64,000 nt of DNA, taken from Octopus sinensis. Taxonomy: Eukaryota. Shown here one piece after another: positions 50,230-63,442 of this stretch. Under the pieces are notes generated by a model. It was not told the origin of the DNA. It saw only the letters and a list, made by a program, of their open reading frames with translations, and did not search any database. Position 1 is the first letter of the stretch, and every line of letters starts with the position of its first letter. A program made the translations under genes and the position numbers. The DNA is taken from assembly GCF_006345805.1 (NCBI RefSeq), contig NC_042997.1:38006001-38070000 (forward strand), written 5' to 3'.

Positions 50230-51912
50230 CATAAGGGTCATATTAATCAAATTTAACGTAATTTTAACATTTACCAGAAGCAACACTGAATTTTGCATTT
50301 TACGTCTGTTTTTTTTTCTTTCTTACTACAGCGGCGTAATTAGCTGACTTCTAATGTCGCTTTCAAATCTATCTGTTGTATTTCAACAGGCTAAGAATAA
50401 AAATCTTAGTTTTAGCCCTTCGACTGACGAGAAAAGAATCCGGAGACTACATATGATTGTGATTCTATAATTGATTATCTGTCTCTTCTCAATTTCTTTT
50501 ATAAACATTGCTTAAACATACCAGCGAATTATAAGATTTATAACTTTATACAAATTATAATCGTTTTTAGCGATATGTAGCATCGTGCTACGTGGAGTAC
50601 GTGATTTTGACAGGGTCCTAAATATATTCAATGCAAGATTGTTCCTCCCAGAATAAATTAATATATTTCAATATCTAATATTTCTAGTTTCTTGTGTCGC
50701 TACCATAATTTAGTGAAAATAGCATCTTCTAAATGGCACCATGTGGAGACACGAATAGCAACAGTGAGATGTTTTTAATGTTTTAGTTTTGTTTTGTTTT
50801 TGTCATTTTTTGTTTGTTTGTTTGCTTTTTAGCGCATTACCACTAAACAAATATAAGAAGTTTAACAATGAACAAGGTATATAATAATGCATGATGAAAT
50901 ATACATACACCGGAAAAGGTAGAGTTTAAAACGCGCGGAAGGGCAATCGGAATGTATGCAAAAATAATTAATGTAGGAAAAATATATTTAATCCCATATT
51001 ATACACTGCCATTTGAATGCATAATCTCTGTCATTACCTAACATAGAGAATATAAATTTACACAGAAGATTGAGCTGAGTGAATTATCTCTAGACATATC
51101 ACTACGTTGATAACAGTTTACTAAAAGGGTTGACCTCTTGTCTAATGCTCTATCGATTCAGCCGTTCACCCCACTTTACAGAATTTACAATGGTATTATT
51201 GATTTATATGTTCTATTGTGATTTATTGAAGGCTATTTATATATTTATAGAGGATAATTTCGCGAACCATTTATAATGTAATGCACACAATTAAAATGTT
51301 AGGTTTTGACTTAACATGACACTAGTTATCCGCATATTTCATAGACTGGTAAAACCTAAACGATTTTATGACATTATTTTTCCCTTTAATTATCATTTAT
51401 GTATATCTTTCCAGAATATTTTATAGTTTTTGCGAGCGTTTGTGTTTGTTAAAAGTGTAAGGCAATTTATTTTTCCCGTACATCCTTCCCTATAATCATT
51501 TTAAGATTTTCAGAGCAACCATTGCGTACACCGTACGATGTATGTATGAAGATGGTATTAGGTATTGATGATATATATTTACGCTTCAATAACTCGGTTA
51601 CTTTGCTATACTACATTAAATTAGTAACAAAAGCACTTAGTTTTATCATTATATTTTCCTTTATATATGCAGAGTGTAACGCATATTAAAGTGCCACCAT
51701 TTTTATCACAAACCGTATACCATATCCCCTAATGCATTAGGGCTTCTGAAAGCCGAATTAATGTCATCAGTTTAGTATTATGTGTTAGTTAAAGGTTCAT
51801 TTATTACATTTCAAGATGTCCTAGCTGTTCCACACCATATATTATTCTATTACAGAAGCGAAATAAATAATTAGATTCCAGTTTCAGGTTCTATGTTTTA
51901 AGTATCTATTAT

Positions 51913-52308
51913 ATACTAGCAGTATCGCCCGGCGTTGCTCGGGTTTGTAAGGGAAATAACTATATAAGCATTTTTAGAGATGTAAAGTATAATAGCCATC
52001 TCAATATGGCTAACCACTAAGGGGGGTGTTACTGTAGCTTTTTACGTTCTGAGATTTAATAATAAATTTTTAGAGAGTTACTTCCCTTATATAATAGGAA
52101 AAAGTGCATTAAAAATGGGAAAAAATTATGGTAATTTTTTTTTAAATCGTAGACTCATCGTAGACGTGCGCTAATACACAAAAGGGCTCGATATGAATCA
52201 CGACTATAAGATACCCGGTTTTGGTTACACTGCACCGCAAAATGTGGGAGTTAGGAATCTAAATCGTAGGAGACAGACACACAACTTTAGTTTTATATAT
52301 ATAAAGAT
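51913..52308 (+). mobile_element. Helentron/DINE-1-like (HINE) non-autonomous element
   Basis: Starts ATACTAGCAGTATCG-CCCGGCGTTGCTCGGG and ends TTTTATATATATAAAGAT; homologous to 33158-33557. Confidence 0.78.
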
Positions 52309-52604
52309 TTGGGAAGATTTACATGCGTGTCTAATATCCCTTCCCACCCTTTCTAATATATGTATCTGCCGCAGATTTTTCCTCTACCAGCACAATGTTG
52401 AGCCTTTGCATTTCATTTTTCTACCAGCGTTTCCTGCACTTCAATGAAAGCTTCTATTTCCAGTCATTCTTTTCCCTTCTCACTGACTCTCTCTATCACT
52501 ATCATTTTCACTTACTCAAAATTGCTCCTTCTCTCTTTCGTTTCCCCCCATGTCTGTTTGTTGTGTACTCTCCGTTTTTTTATTATTATCTCTTTCTTTA
52601 AAAT

Positions 52605-53060
52605 CGGTGAGCAGGTAGAATAGGTAGCACGCTGGACAATATACTTAGCGGCACTTTTGCCTGTCTTCGCGCAAAAATTTCGCCGAGATTGACTTTGCTT
52701 TTCATCCTTTGGAATAGTTAAAATAGTTACTAGTTGCGCCCTGGGGTCGATGTAATAGGCTAACCACATAGCCCAGCATTTCATGCCTTGGGCTTATAGG
52801 AGAAAGGATTATTCTCTCATCCATTAAGGACTTGTGCCTATAACACAAAGGATTATCATATTCTGCTTGAATCATTAGCACGCTTAGTACGGTGGACAAT
52901 GTGCTTAGAGGTATTTTTTCTGTCTTTATATTCTAAGTTTAAATTCCGCCGAGGCAGACTTTATCTTTCATACAATAAGTACGAGTCAATTAGAAGAGTC
53001 GATGAAATCGACTTCTTGTCCTCCCGAGGCAGCTGGCCGTATGCCAAACTTTGAACCGAG
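52605..53060 (+). mobile_element. Two tandem degenerate SINE family C copies (52605-52857; 52870-53060)
   Basis: Repeated tagcacgc...cttag.gg.a.ttt...aattccgccgag..gacttt..ctttcat.. Confidence 0.7.
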
Positions 53061-53202
53061 GCCTTCCTTCTTCAAAAATCAGTAGCGATATGGGTGTTGG
53101 AGATTTGAATTATGCAGAGCTGATGTTAATTATTATCATTGCAGTTGGCTTTCATTTAAATAAAGTTTCAATTGCGCTCATAGACAACTGCACTTTGTTT
53201 TG

Positions 53203-53283
<81 letters not shown>

Positions 53284-53619
53284 TTATAATATATATATAT
53301 AATATATATATATTATACTATATATATAATATATATCAGTGGTGCTGCAGCATATACATAGTCAATGACTGAAACATATTGCAGTACATCCCACTAGTAC
53401 CACCACACAACACAAGCAGTAATTATCCCTTGGTACTAACAAAATCGTGATCAATGAAATCAGAGAGAAAACGTTTCTGAATTTCTCATTACAAGATCAA
53501 CGTGACAAGGTTTTTGATTTAATCAGTTACAAAAATATATCAAAAAGAAATATGTTGTCAATTTCTAGAGCTCAAAGAGGACTACCATTTGCTGGTTAAG
53601 AAAATTAAAACCGGCATAT

Positions 53620-53666
<47 letters not shown>

Positions 53667-53669
53667 TTA

Positions 53670-54151
53670 TATTGTTATATTTCGGAATGGTCATATTGCC
53701 AGTTTAGCCAATAAAAACACCGCACTATATATTTGGTGTTATTTTGCTTCAGTGATATTTATTTTTTACATTAATCTTAATCTTATTTCGGCCAAAGTTC
53801 TTTCGTCACACTCCTGTGACCGCATCAGTGGTCCTTTGTTTTCTTCTCACTTATTTTGTCTCTCTCCTTACTAACCGTCAGCCATTTTGTATTTCTATTG
53901 CATGTCTTCATTTGCGCATGCTTATATCTCTATGTGCGTCTATGTTTATTTAGTGTGTGTGGGTGGGGGGGATGCCTGTAATATTTGTATCTTCTGTTTA
54001 TATACATTCTTGTAATTTGTATTTTGTTTTTGTTGTTGTTGCTTTTGTTCCAATTGTGTTCATGTGTTTACATCCACCCATTATTATCATTACATATGCT
54101 TGTATGTATTTATAACAACAATATAGTAAATAATAATAATAAATCTAATCG

Positions 54152-54195
<44 letters not shown>

Positions 54196-55179
54196 CTATA
54201 TATATACACACATATACATATACATATATATACCCATATACATACATAGATATATATACATATATATAGTTATTCATTTCTATCTGTTTATTTATCTGTG
54301 TATTTATTATGTTTTCAGGATCCTCTATCGTCATATGTTGTGGTGTGTGCTATTGCTCCATTCTAGTTTTCTATTCAGGCTAGGTTATTTTCTATTATAT
54401 GTGTAGCTTCTTTAATTTGTCTAATTGTTGCATCTGTTCTATGTGTGGACAATATCTTAATCTCTAGTTTTGATTGATCCCCCGTGTTCTTGTTCGGCGT
54501 GTTGGTACAGAATCGATGAGCTTTTTACCTTCCTTGAGTTGTCTGCAATGTTCATTCACCCGCTCTCTCCAATGCTTCTTGCTGTTTCCCCTACGTATGT
54601 TACTGTCTTGTTAGTACTGCTGCATCGTCCCTCTATACATCTTATACTATAGACCACATTTCTGGCTTTACAGTTTGTTTGTGGGCTAAATCTACATACA
54701 GTGCAATAGTTATCCGTCCAGAGGTTCTCTACAAAGGATAGGTTCTACCAATTATAGATCTGATAGGGTTGCCTGGCTTTTCAACAACTTAATTCTTAGT
54801 TTAAGTTTATCTAGGGTCCTTCTAAAGCGGTACGCCAGTTCACCTCCAGGGTGGTGTCAACGAACATGACACTCTGGTATTTATGGCTATCATACCAAGA
54901 GTTGCCTTCCCTATTTTCTTTTTGTCCTTTCTATAGGTTCCATGACTTGTTCCTATAGATTGGGCAAATCCCATTCCTATCATTACATAATATATTATCA
55001 AATTTCTTCATGGCTCCTTTGTATACTCTGATCCTTTCTTTATGGATTTCTGTATGGATTTCTGCAGTAGGCATTCTTTAAGCCTTCTGTCCCACCATAC
55101 CATGAGAGGTTGGCCACATCACCAGCGATACTAACACCGATGGCTGCCCCCTCGTCCTGGGCATATATTTTATTATTAT
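53670..55179 (-). mobile_element. Penelope-like element, 5'-truncated inverted copy with ~455-bp internal deletion
   Basis: Reverse complement of 55180-57083; starts NNKIYAQDEGAAIGVSIAGDVANL; lacks the block equivalent to ~55270-55727. Confidence 0.92.
53790..53834 (-). ncRNA. Type I hammerhead-like motif in the PLE terminal repeat (core CUGAUGC)
   Basis: Exact reverse complement of 56918-56962. Confidence 0.55.
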
Positions 55180-56562
55180 GGGGGGCAGCCATCGGTGTTA
55201 GTATCGCTGGTGATGTGGCCAACCTCTTCATTGTATGGTGGGACAGAAGGCTTAAAGAATGCCTACTGCAGATATCCATACTCCGTAAACATGTACTCTC
55301 GCTATGTAGATGATATCAACATAGTAGTAAAGGCACCCCCACAAGAGAGTAATGTTGATATAGTAATAGAAACTAATACTATGGAGAGCATCCAGCAAAT
55401 AGCTAACTCCATCCACCAGAGTATAAAGGTCACAATAGACCCCCCACTAAACACCCCAACCATAGACTACCGGTACTAGACACTGAACTCTGGCTAGAAA
55501 TTGTGAAAAATAAAACCCAAATCTTTCATTCATACTATGCAAAACCTATGGCCTCAAAATACCTTATCCACCGGAACTCAGCCATTGCGGGCCAATGCCA
55601 AATTCAATATTTTGATGGCAGACCTCGTCAGAATAATGAGAAATGTGTCACGCATGTGCGAGCCTACAGAATTAAAGAGACACTTACAGTATTTCATTCA
55701 CCGCATGCAGTTCTCAGGTTACAGCCATAAAGAAAGGATCAGAGTATACAAAGGAGCCATGAAGAAATTTGATAATTATATTTATGTAATGATAGGAATG
55801 GGATTTGCCCAATCTATAGGAACAAGTCATGGAACACTATAGAAAGGACAAAAAAGAAAATAGGGAAGGCCAACTCTTGGTATGATAGCCATAAATACCA
55901 GAGTGTCATGTTCGTTGACACCACCCCTGGAGGTGAACTGGCGTACCGCTTTAGAAGGACCCTAGATAAACCTAAACTAAGAATTAAGGTTGTTGAAAAG
56001 CCAGGCAACCTATCCACATCTATAATTGGTAGAACCTATCCTTTTAGTAGAACCCTCTGTACGGATAACTATTGCACTGTATGTAGATTTAGCCCACAAA
56101 CAAACTGTAAAGCCAGAAATGTAGTCTATATATATAAATGTATAGAGGGACGATGCAGTAACGAGACAGTAACATACGTAGGGGAAACAGCAAGAAGCAT
56201 TGGAGAGGCGGTGAATGAACATTGCAGACAACTCAAGGAAGGTAAAAGCTCATCGATTCTGTAACAACACGCCGGACAGGAACACGGGGATCAATCAATA
56301 ACATAGAGATTAAGATATTGTCCACACACAGAACAGATGCAACAATTAGACAAATTAAAGAAGCTACACATATAATAGAAAATAACCTAGCCTGAATAGA
56401 AAACTAGAATGGAGCAATAGCACACACCACAACATATGACGATAGAGGATCCTGAAAACATAATAAATACACAGATAAATAAACAGATAGAAATGAATAA
56501 CTATATATATGTATATAATCTATGTATGTATATGTGTATATATATGTATATGTATATGTGTA

Positions 56563-56604
<42 letters not shown>

Positions 56605-57083
56605 CGATTAGATTTATTATTATTATTACTATATTGTTGTTATACATACATACAAGCATATGTAATGATAATAATGGGTGGATGTAACACATGAACAAGA
56701 TTAGAACAAAAGCAACAACAACAAAAACAAAATACAATTACAAGAATGTATATAAACAGAAGATACAAATATTACAGGCATCCCCCCCCACACGCACACA
56801 CTAAATAAACATAGACGCACATAGAGATATAAGCATGCGCAAATGAAGACATGCAATAGAAATACAAAATGGCTGACGGTTAGTAAGGAGAGACACAAAT
56901 AAGTGAGAAGAAAACAAGGACCACTGATGCGGTCACAGGAGTGTGACGAAAGAACTTTGGCCGAAATAAGATTAAGATTAATGTAAAAAATAAATATCAC
57001 TGAAGCAAAATAACATCAAATATATAGTGCGTGTGTTTTTATTGGCTAAAATGGCAATATGACCATTCCGAAATATAACAATA
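55180..57083 (+). mobile_element. Penelope-like element (RT C-half + thumb + Cys-rich linker + C-terminal GIY-YIG endonuclease + terminal repeat), 5'-truncated, frameshifted
   Basis: GAAIGVSIAGDVANL, YSRYVDDINI, MFVDTTPGGELA, CTDNYCTVC..NCKARNVVYIYKC..C...YVGETARSI..VNEH; ORF remnant ends ~56420. The Cys-rich linker suggests the Neptune/Nematis type (inference). Confidence 0.93.
56918..56962 (+). ncRNA. Type I hammerhead-like motif in the PLE terminal repeat (core CUGAUGC)
   Basis: GGACCA-CUGAUGC-G-GUCACA(GGAG)UGUGAC-GAAA-G(AA)C-UU-UGGCC: 6-bp stem II, 2-bp stem III, CUU triplet, stem I CCA/UGG + GG/CC. Confidence 0.55.
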
Positions 57084-57137
57084 CCTGTTTCAACACACGA
57101 CTTCACATAAAAAATCTTGCACAACAAATATTTAAAC

Positions 57138-57174
<37 letters not shown>

Positions 57175-57179
<5 letters not shown>

Positions 57180-58259
57180 TTTATTATATAGAAGGAGCTT
57201 CTACAGGACTAGAACTGTTTCATTCAAGAGAAATCTTCAGGAAGCTAGTTAACAAGAATTGTATTGGCATTTATACATTTAGGCAGGTTTAAAGGGGTGG
57301 TGGGGGACTTTTTGGGGGTAGGCATAGCGCAAAATATCATACTTGGGGGAGTGGTCAAGGAGTCAGTGGTAAATTAGATAAAAGAATAAATAAAAAAATA
57401 AAAAAATATATATATAAAAAATAGAGCTTTAGGTAAATAAGGAGATTCTCACTTATACCTATACACATATGTATACATATATACACACACATACATACAC
57501 ATATACATATATATACACATACACATACATATACATATCTACACATACACATATATATATATACATACACTCACACACATGCATACACGTATACACACAT
57601 GTATATATACACACACGACCACACATACATATACACACAGAAAAATATATATACATACACACATACACACATGCACACACAGCACACTAGTCCCTATATA
57701 CACATATATACATGTGTATATACATGTGTATATATGTGTATATAGGGACTAGTGTGCTGTGTGTGATGTGTTTGTATGTGTGTATGTATATATTTTTTTC
57801 TGTGTGTATATGTATGTGTGGTCGTGTGTGTATATATACATGTGTGTTATACGTGTATGCATGTGTGAGTGTATGTATATATATATATGTGTATGTGTAG
57901 ATATGTATATGTATGTGTATGTGTATATATATGTATAGTGTATGTATGTGGTGTGTATATATGTATACATATGTGTATAGGTATAAGTGAGAATCTCCTT
58001 ATTTACCTAAAACTCTATTTTTTTTATATATTTTTTTATTTTTTATTATTCTTTTATCTAATTTACCACTGACTCCTTGACCACTCCCCCAAGTATGATA
58101 TTTTGCGCTATGCCTACCCAAAAAGTCCCCCACCACCACCCCTTTAAACCTGCCTAAATGTATAAATGCCAATACAATCTTGTTAACTAGCTTCCTGAAG
58201 ATTTCTCTTGAATGAAACAGTTCTAGTCCTGTAGAGCTCCTTCTATATAATAAATTAAT
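57175..58259. repeat. Nearly spacer-less palindrome, ~540-bp arms, centre 57719/57720
   Basis: Arms are reverse complements apart from scattered 1-nt indels; centre TGTATATACA. Confidence 0.93.
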
Positions 58260-58366
58260 TTTACTCTGCTATGTATTGAGTACCTTATTACTGTGGTTAA
58301 CCCCGCGAATCAACCCGGGACCTACATATATATATATATATTATATAATATATATATATATATCTG

Positions 58367-58446
<80 letters not shown>

Positions 58447-60009
58447 TAGATAAATATATATATGCATCCACATATATCTTGACAATTAAACGTATTTTCT
58501 TTCTCTCATATCATGATAAATACTACGGGCACAAAGGAACGTCTGAAATAAATCCGGTGGAATGTGTGTCCACACTGCTAATGGCATCAGGTAGCTGGAT
58601 ACTGAATACTGTCAATGGGTATTAAACATCTCACTATAAGGTGTATACCCGGATGTAAAAGTATTACATGCATATACATATACATATATACATACATATA
58701 TTTATATATATATATATATTTAATCCCCAAAAACAAAACGAAGAAAAAACACACGAAAAAACAACGCGAGGTCGTGGTACATGCGAAGTATTAGCAGACG
58801 TTCACTCATTATGTATGTGTGTGTATGTATACACACACACATACGCACACCCATATACATACATACATACATATATACATACATACATACATACATACAT
58901 ACATACATACATACATACATACATACATAGGTATTTGTATAAATACATACACAGGTACAAAGTGCTTCGGCGCATATTCCATCTGCGAAATGCACAGATA
59001 AGACCGCAGTGAAACTATAAAAGAATACACTTGCTTGAGTGGTTTCGCAGTGGGCTTAAAATCGAAACATAATGGTTTGGAAGTGAGATTCTTAACTATG
59101 AACCAGTACCTATAATGTTTGTCATTCTTACTTGAAATCACGTTTTATACTCTCCGATTTTTTTTCGAGTTAAGATATTGCATGGGATTATGTGCACAAA
59201 TATTATATAGATATTGCATAATACTGTATAATACTGAGATGATCTTTCTTATGTTATAATATTATAAACAGCAAAATACACTTAGTTTACACTTTATCAG
59301 TAATTCTACTAAAATAACATACTGAAAAGTCAAAAACCAGGTAATATTGATATTTCTACAGAAATGTAATCAACTAAAATGAGATATACACTACATCCGT
59401 ACTTATGAAACACTCTAGAAAATTAATCATTATGGAAGCTCTGTCCTGTTGATATCTGACACTTGATTATTTTTCTTATATGTTTTGCTTTCTCGAGTAA
59501 ATCACAAAAATCTATCTTACATCTATTTGATATAAGTTTTTTATCACTGCCGTAAAGAAATGTAAGATTTGTTGTAACAATATATAAGAAATCTAAATCT
59601 TTCAAAGATTGGCAAAGCAGATGTTTCCATTAAAACTAGTAATTATTACATGCTGCCCAATAAGGTGATTATATTTCCTTACGAACAAATATGAATTATT
59701 TGTAAGATAAATATAATGGAAATGTGTTTTTATAATTATACAGATTTCAATGACAAAAATGTAATTAAAATACTCTGTATTCAAATAAAAGGTATCTGAT
59801 AAACTGTTTCTTTACATTTTCTTTTTCAACATACAAGGATCGTACTGAGAGTAATGCAAAAGTGAGAATCTCTTCTACTATTGACTGGCATAGATTCTTC
59901 AAATTGCATGTCTTGGTGGACTAAATATTTGGCCATAGTAATCTTTCTCTTGATCAGCTTTGCGGGAAACCAATGGCTTACGAGTAAACATTTGCTTCTA
60001 CCAACATTG

Positions 60010-60380
60010 ATGGAAGCACTCCGTCGGTTACGACGATGAGGGTTCCGGTTGATCCGAATCAACGGAACAGCCTGCTCGTGAAATTAACGTGTAAGTGGCT
60101 GAGCACTCCACAGACACGTGTACCCTTAACGTAGTTCTCGGGGATATTCAGCGCGACACAGAGAGTGACAAGGCCGGTCCTTTGAAATACAGGTACAACA
60201 GAAACAGGAAGTAAGAGTGAGAGAAAGTTGTGGTGAAAGAGTACAGCAGGGATCACCACCACACCCTGCCGGAGCCTCGTGGAGCTTTAGGTGTTTTCGC
60301 TCAATAAACACTCACAATCGAAACCGCGATCCTACGACCGCGAGTCCGCTGCCCTAACCACTGGGCCATTGCGCCTCCAC
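60010..60380 (-). mobile_element. Full-length SINE family B with 12-bp TSD
   Basis: TSD tctaccaacatt at 59998-60009 and 60381-60392; small deletion in the head. Confidence 0.95.
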
Positions 60381-60870
60381 TCTACCAACATTAAGCTCTT
60401 GACAAAGGAAGAGCTAAACGACCCGACATACGCAGAAGACAATAGTATGTTTTCGGAAATGACACTACTGAAAAGGCAATGAGCACGAAACGGATGAAGA
60501 CTTTTAAAGAAGAGGAAAACATCATTGACGACAACTTATGCAGTGAGAGATTATTAACGTCGTGTAATAATTTGAGGCACATGTAAAGCTTAGAGATGCG
60601 ATTCAGTTAAAGATCCCGAAAAAGTATCTGGAAAACATCACCATTTAACATATCTTTGCGCGACCACACACATCTTTGACCCAAAATATCAGGTAATCCT
60701 GGAATTGAACTAGCCAGTGATCTCTATCACCTTGTATAGCCCAGATCTCACCTCCTTTAGCCTCAGTCTGTTTGAATCACTGAATGAGTCTTTAGGGACA
60801 ACAATTTGATGAAACAGAGGAGATGTAGTCGATTGGAAAAACAATTAATACAGTGCACATTTGATTTAAT

Positions 60871-61034
60871 ACGCAGGAGTGGCTGTGCGGTAAGTAGCTT
60901 GTCTACCAACCACATTGTTCCGGGTTCAGTCCCACTGCGTGGCATCTTGGGCTAGTGTCTTCTGCTATAGCCCCGGGCCGACCAAAGCCTTCTGAGTGGA
61001 TTTGGTAGACGGAAACTGAAAGAAGCCCGTCGTA

Positions 61035-61080
<46 letters not shown>

Positions 61081-61308
61081 TGTGTGTTTTTGTGTGTCTG
61101 TGTTTGTCCCCCTAGCATTGCTTGGCAACCGATACTGGTGTGTTTATGTCCCCGTCACTTAGCGGTTCGGCAAAAGAGACCGATAGAATAAGTACTGGGC
61201 TTACAAAGAATAAGTCCCGGGGTCGATTTGCTCGACTAAAGGCGGTGCTCCAGCATGGCCCCAGTCAAATGACTGAAACAAGCAAAAGAGTAAAAGAGTA
61301 AAAGAGTA
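60871..61308 (+). mobile_element. Full-length SINE family A
   Basis: Head, internal (TA)n(TG)n and (AAAGAGT)n tail. Confidence 0.95.
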
Positions 61309-61504
61309 AGTTTCGACAACTGGGTTCAATGATGGTGCTGATGCGTTCCTTGTCACCGAGACTGTTGCGATGCTTGTCACCGATGCGGTTACGTACTGCC
61401 TTTTTACAGAGGAATTGTTATTCTATTCAAGAATTCGAATGGTCTATGTCAATTAAAAAACGCCGTTATGATTATTTTTGTAGATAGATTGGAAGGAAGT
61501 AGGT

Positions 61505-61584
61505 AGGTAGATATATATATATAGATATATATATATATATATATATATAGATATATAGATATATAAATAGATATATATATATAT

Positions 61585-61631
<47 letters not shown>

Positions 61632-61665
61632 TATAGGTAGGTAGGTAGGTAGGTAGGTAGGTAGT

Positions 61666-61698
<33 letters not shown>

Positions 61699-61721
61699 GA
61701 TAGATAGATAGATAGATAGAT

Positions 61722-61771
<50 letters not shown>

Positions 61772-61780
61772 CAGATATAC
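61505..61780. repeat. (GATA)n/(GGTA)n/(TA)n compound microsatellite
   Basis: Direct reading. Confidence 0.96.
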
Positions 61781-62288
61781 TACTTAAAATTAATTATATC
61801 TAAATTGTAATTATATATGATTCATGTACTAGAAAGAACATGAAGATCATGTATGTAGAGTATGACATACTGTATCTTCCTATGTTTAGGCAAGTGACAG
61901 ATGTTTTGAAATACGGATTTCTTTTTTCAGCAAAAGATCACGAATATCTGCTTGGAAGTATTGCGTTCATTTGCTTTCTTTATTAATGACGTTAAAAGTA
62001 TTAGAAATGTGTTACCAGTAGGAGACTCTAGATTCCACGGTCCGTTACCCTACATTCCACGGTCTGATGCATCATTTAATATTCATCAATATAGTATATT
62101 TTATTGTTTTTCATTAGTTCTCAAAGCCAAATTTCCGTGCCACTGCTGGGAAAGATTTAGGGTTCATACTTTCTCAGTGCTTATTTCTTCGTGGAAGCGT
62201 TTTAGAGTTACCTCTTCTAAGAGTAAAATTAAACAGCACAGGCCAGAATGGAGGGGTGTTAACATGCAAGGTTAGTTGTTTTAATCAA

Positions 62289-62692
62289 CTCTCTTTACTC
62301 TTTTACTCTTTTACTTGTTTCAGTCATTTGACTGCGGCCATGCTGGAGCACCGCCTTTAGTCGAGCAAATCGACCCCGGGACTTATTCTTTGTAAGCCCA
62401 GTACTTATTGTATCGGTCTCTTTTTGCCGAACCGCTAAGTGACGGGGACGTAAATACACCAGCATCGGTTGTCAAGCAATGCGAGGGGGACAAACACAGA
62501 CACACACACCTATATATATACATATATACGACAGGCTTCTTACAGTTTCCGTCTACCAAATCCACTCACAAGGCATTGGTCGGCCCGGGGCTATAGCAGA
62601 AGACACTTGCCCAAGATGCCACGCAGTGGGACTGAACCCGGAAACATGTGGTTGGTTAGCAAGCTACTTACCACACAGCCACTCCTGCGCCT
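62289..62692 (-). mobile_element. Full-length SINE family A
   Basis: Complete head to tail. Confidence 0.95.
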
Positions 62693-63044
62693 ATAAACTG
62701 AATATTATTAAAAGAGATATCTTTTGCATTCTTGAAACCTCATTTCAAAAACTACCAAAATTGAATGTTTTATAGTAAAAGATGATCTAGGAATTTTAAA
62801 CAGGCTATATTTGTAGCAATATTAATATAATGCCGTTTGTATTTTAAGACGGGGAAAATAGAAAGAAGTTGTATTTTTTTTTTTTTGAAGAAATAGATAA
62901 AGTAGTTAATATGAAAGTATCAATTTGTATTGATAATATATATTTGAAAACGCTAAATATTAACTATTCCTAGTAATACTGAACGGTGTATTGCATTTCT
63001 CTAAACTCTCTATCCCAAATATATTGCACATACATTTTATTGCA

Positions 63045-63442
63045 TTTACTTCATTTATTTGTTTCAGTCATTTGACTGTGGCCATGCTGGAGCACCGCGT
63101 TTAGTCGACTTATTCTTTGTAAGCCCAGTACTTATTCTATCGGTCTCTTTTGCCGAACCGCTAAGAAAACGGGGACATAAACACACCAGCATCGGTTGTC
63201 AAGCAATGTTGGGAGGGGAGGACAAACGCAACACACAAACATACACATATATATATATATATATATATACATATATACGACGGGCTTCTTTCAGTTTCCG
63301 TCTACCAAATCCACTCACAAGGCTTTGGTCGGCCCGAGGCTATAGTAGAAGACATTTGCCCAAAAATGCCACGCAATGGAATTGAACCCGGAACCATGTG
63401 ATTCGTAAGCAAGCTACTTATCACACAGCCACTCCTACGCCT
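63045..63442 (-). mobile_element. SINE family A with a short internal deletion
   Basis: Lacks gcaaatcgaccccggg (deletion between two ga microhomologies) relative to the other copies. Confidence 0.92.

Noticed and set aside
50389-50470. Candidate terminal exon AKNKNLSFSPSTDEKRIRRLHMIVIL*
   Set aside because: Good acceptor, but no upstream exon, no homology and no other support.
55180-56420. Naiad/Chlamys-type (N-terminal EN, selenoprotein) PLE
   Set aside because: The GIY-YIG domain is C-terminal to the RT here, and the breaks are frameshifts rather than conserved in-frame UGA.
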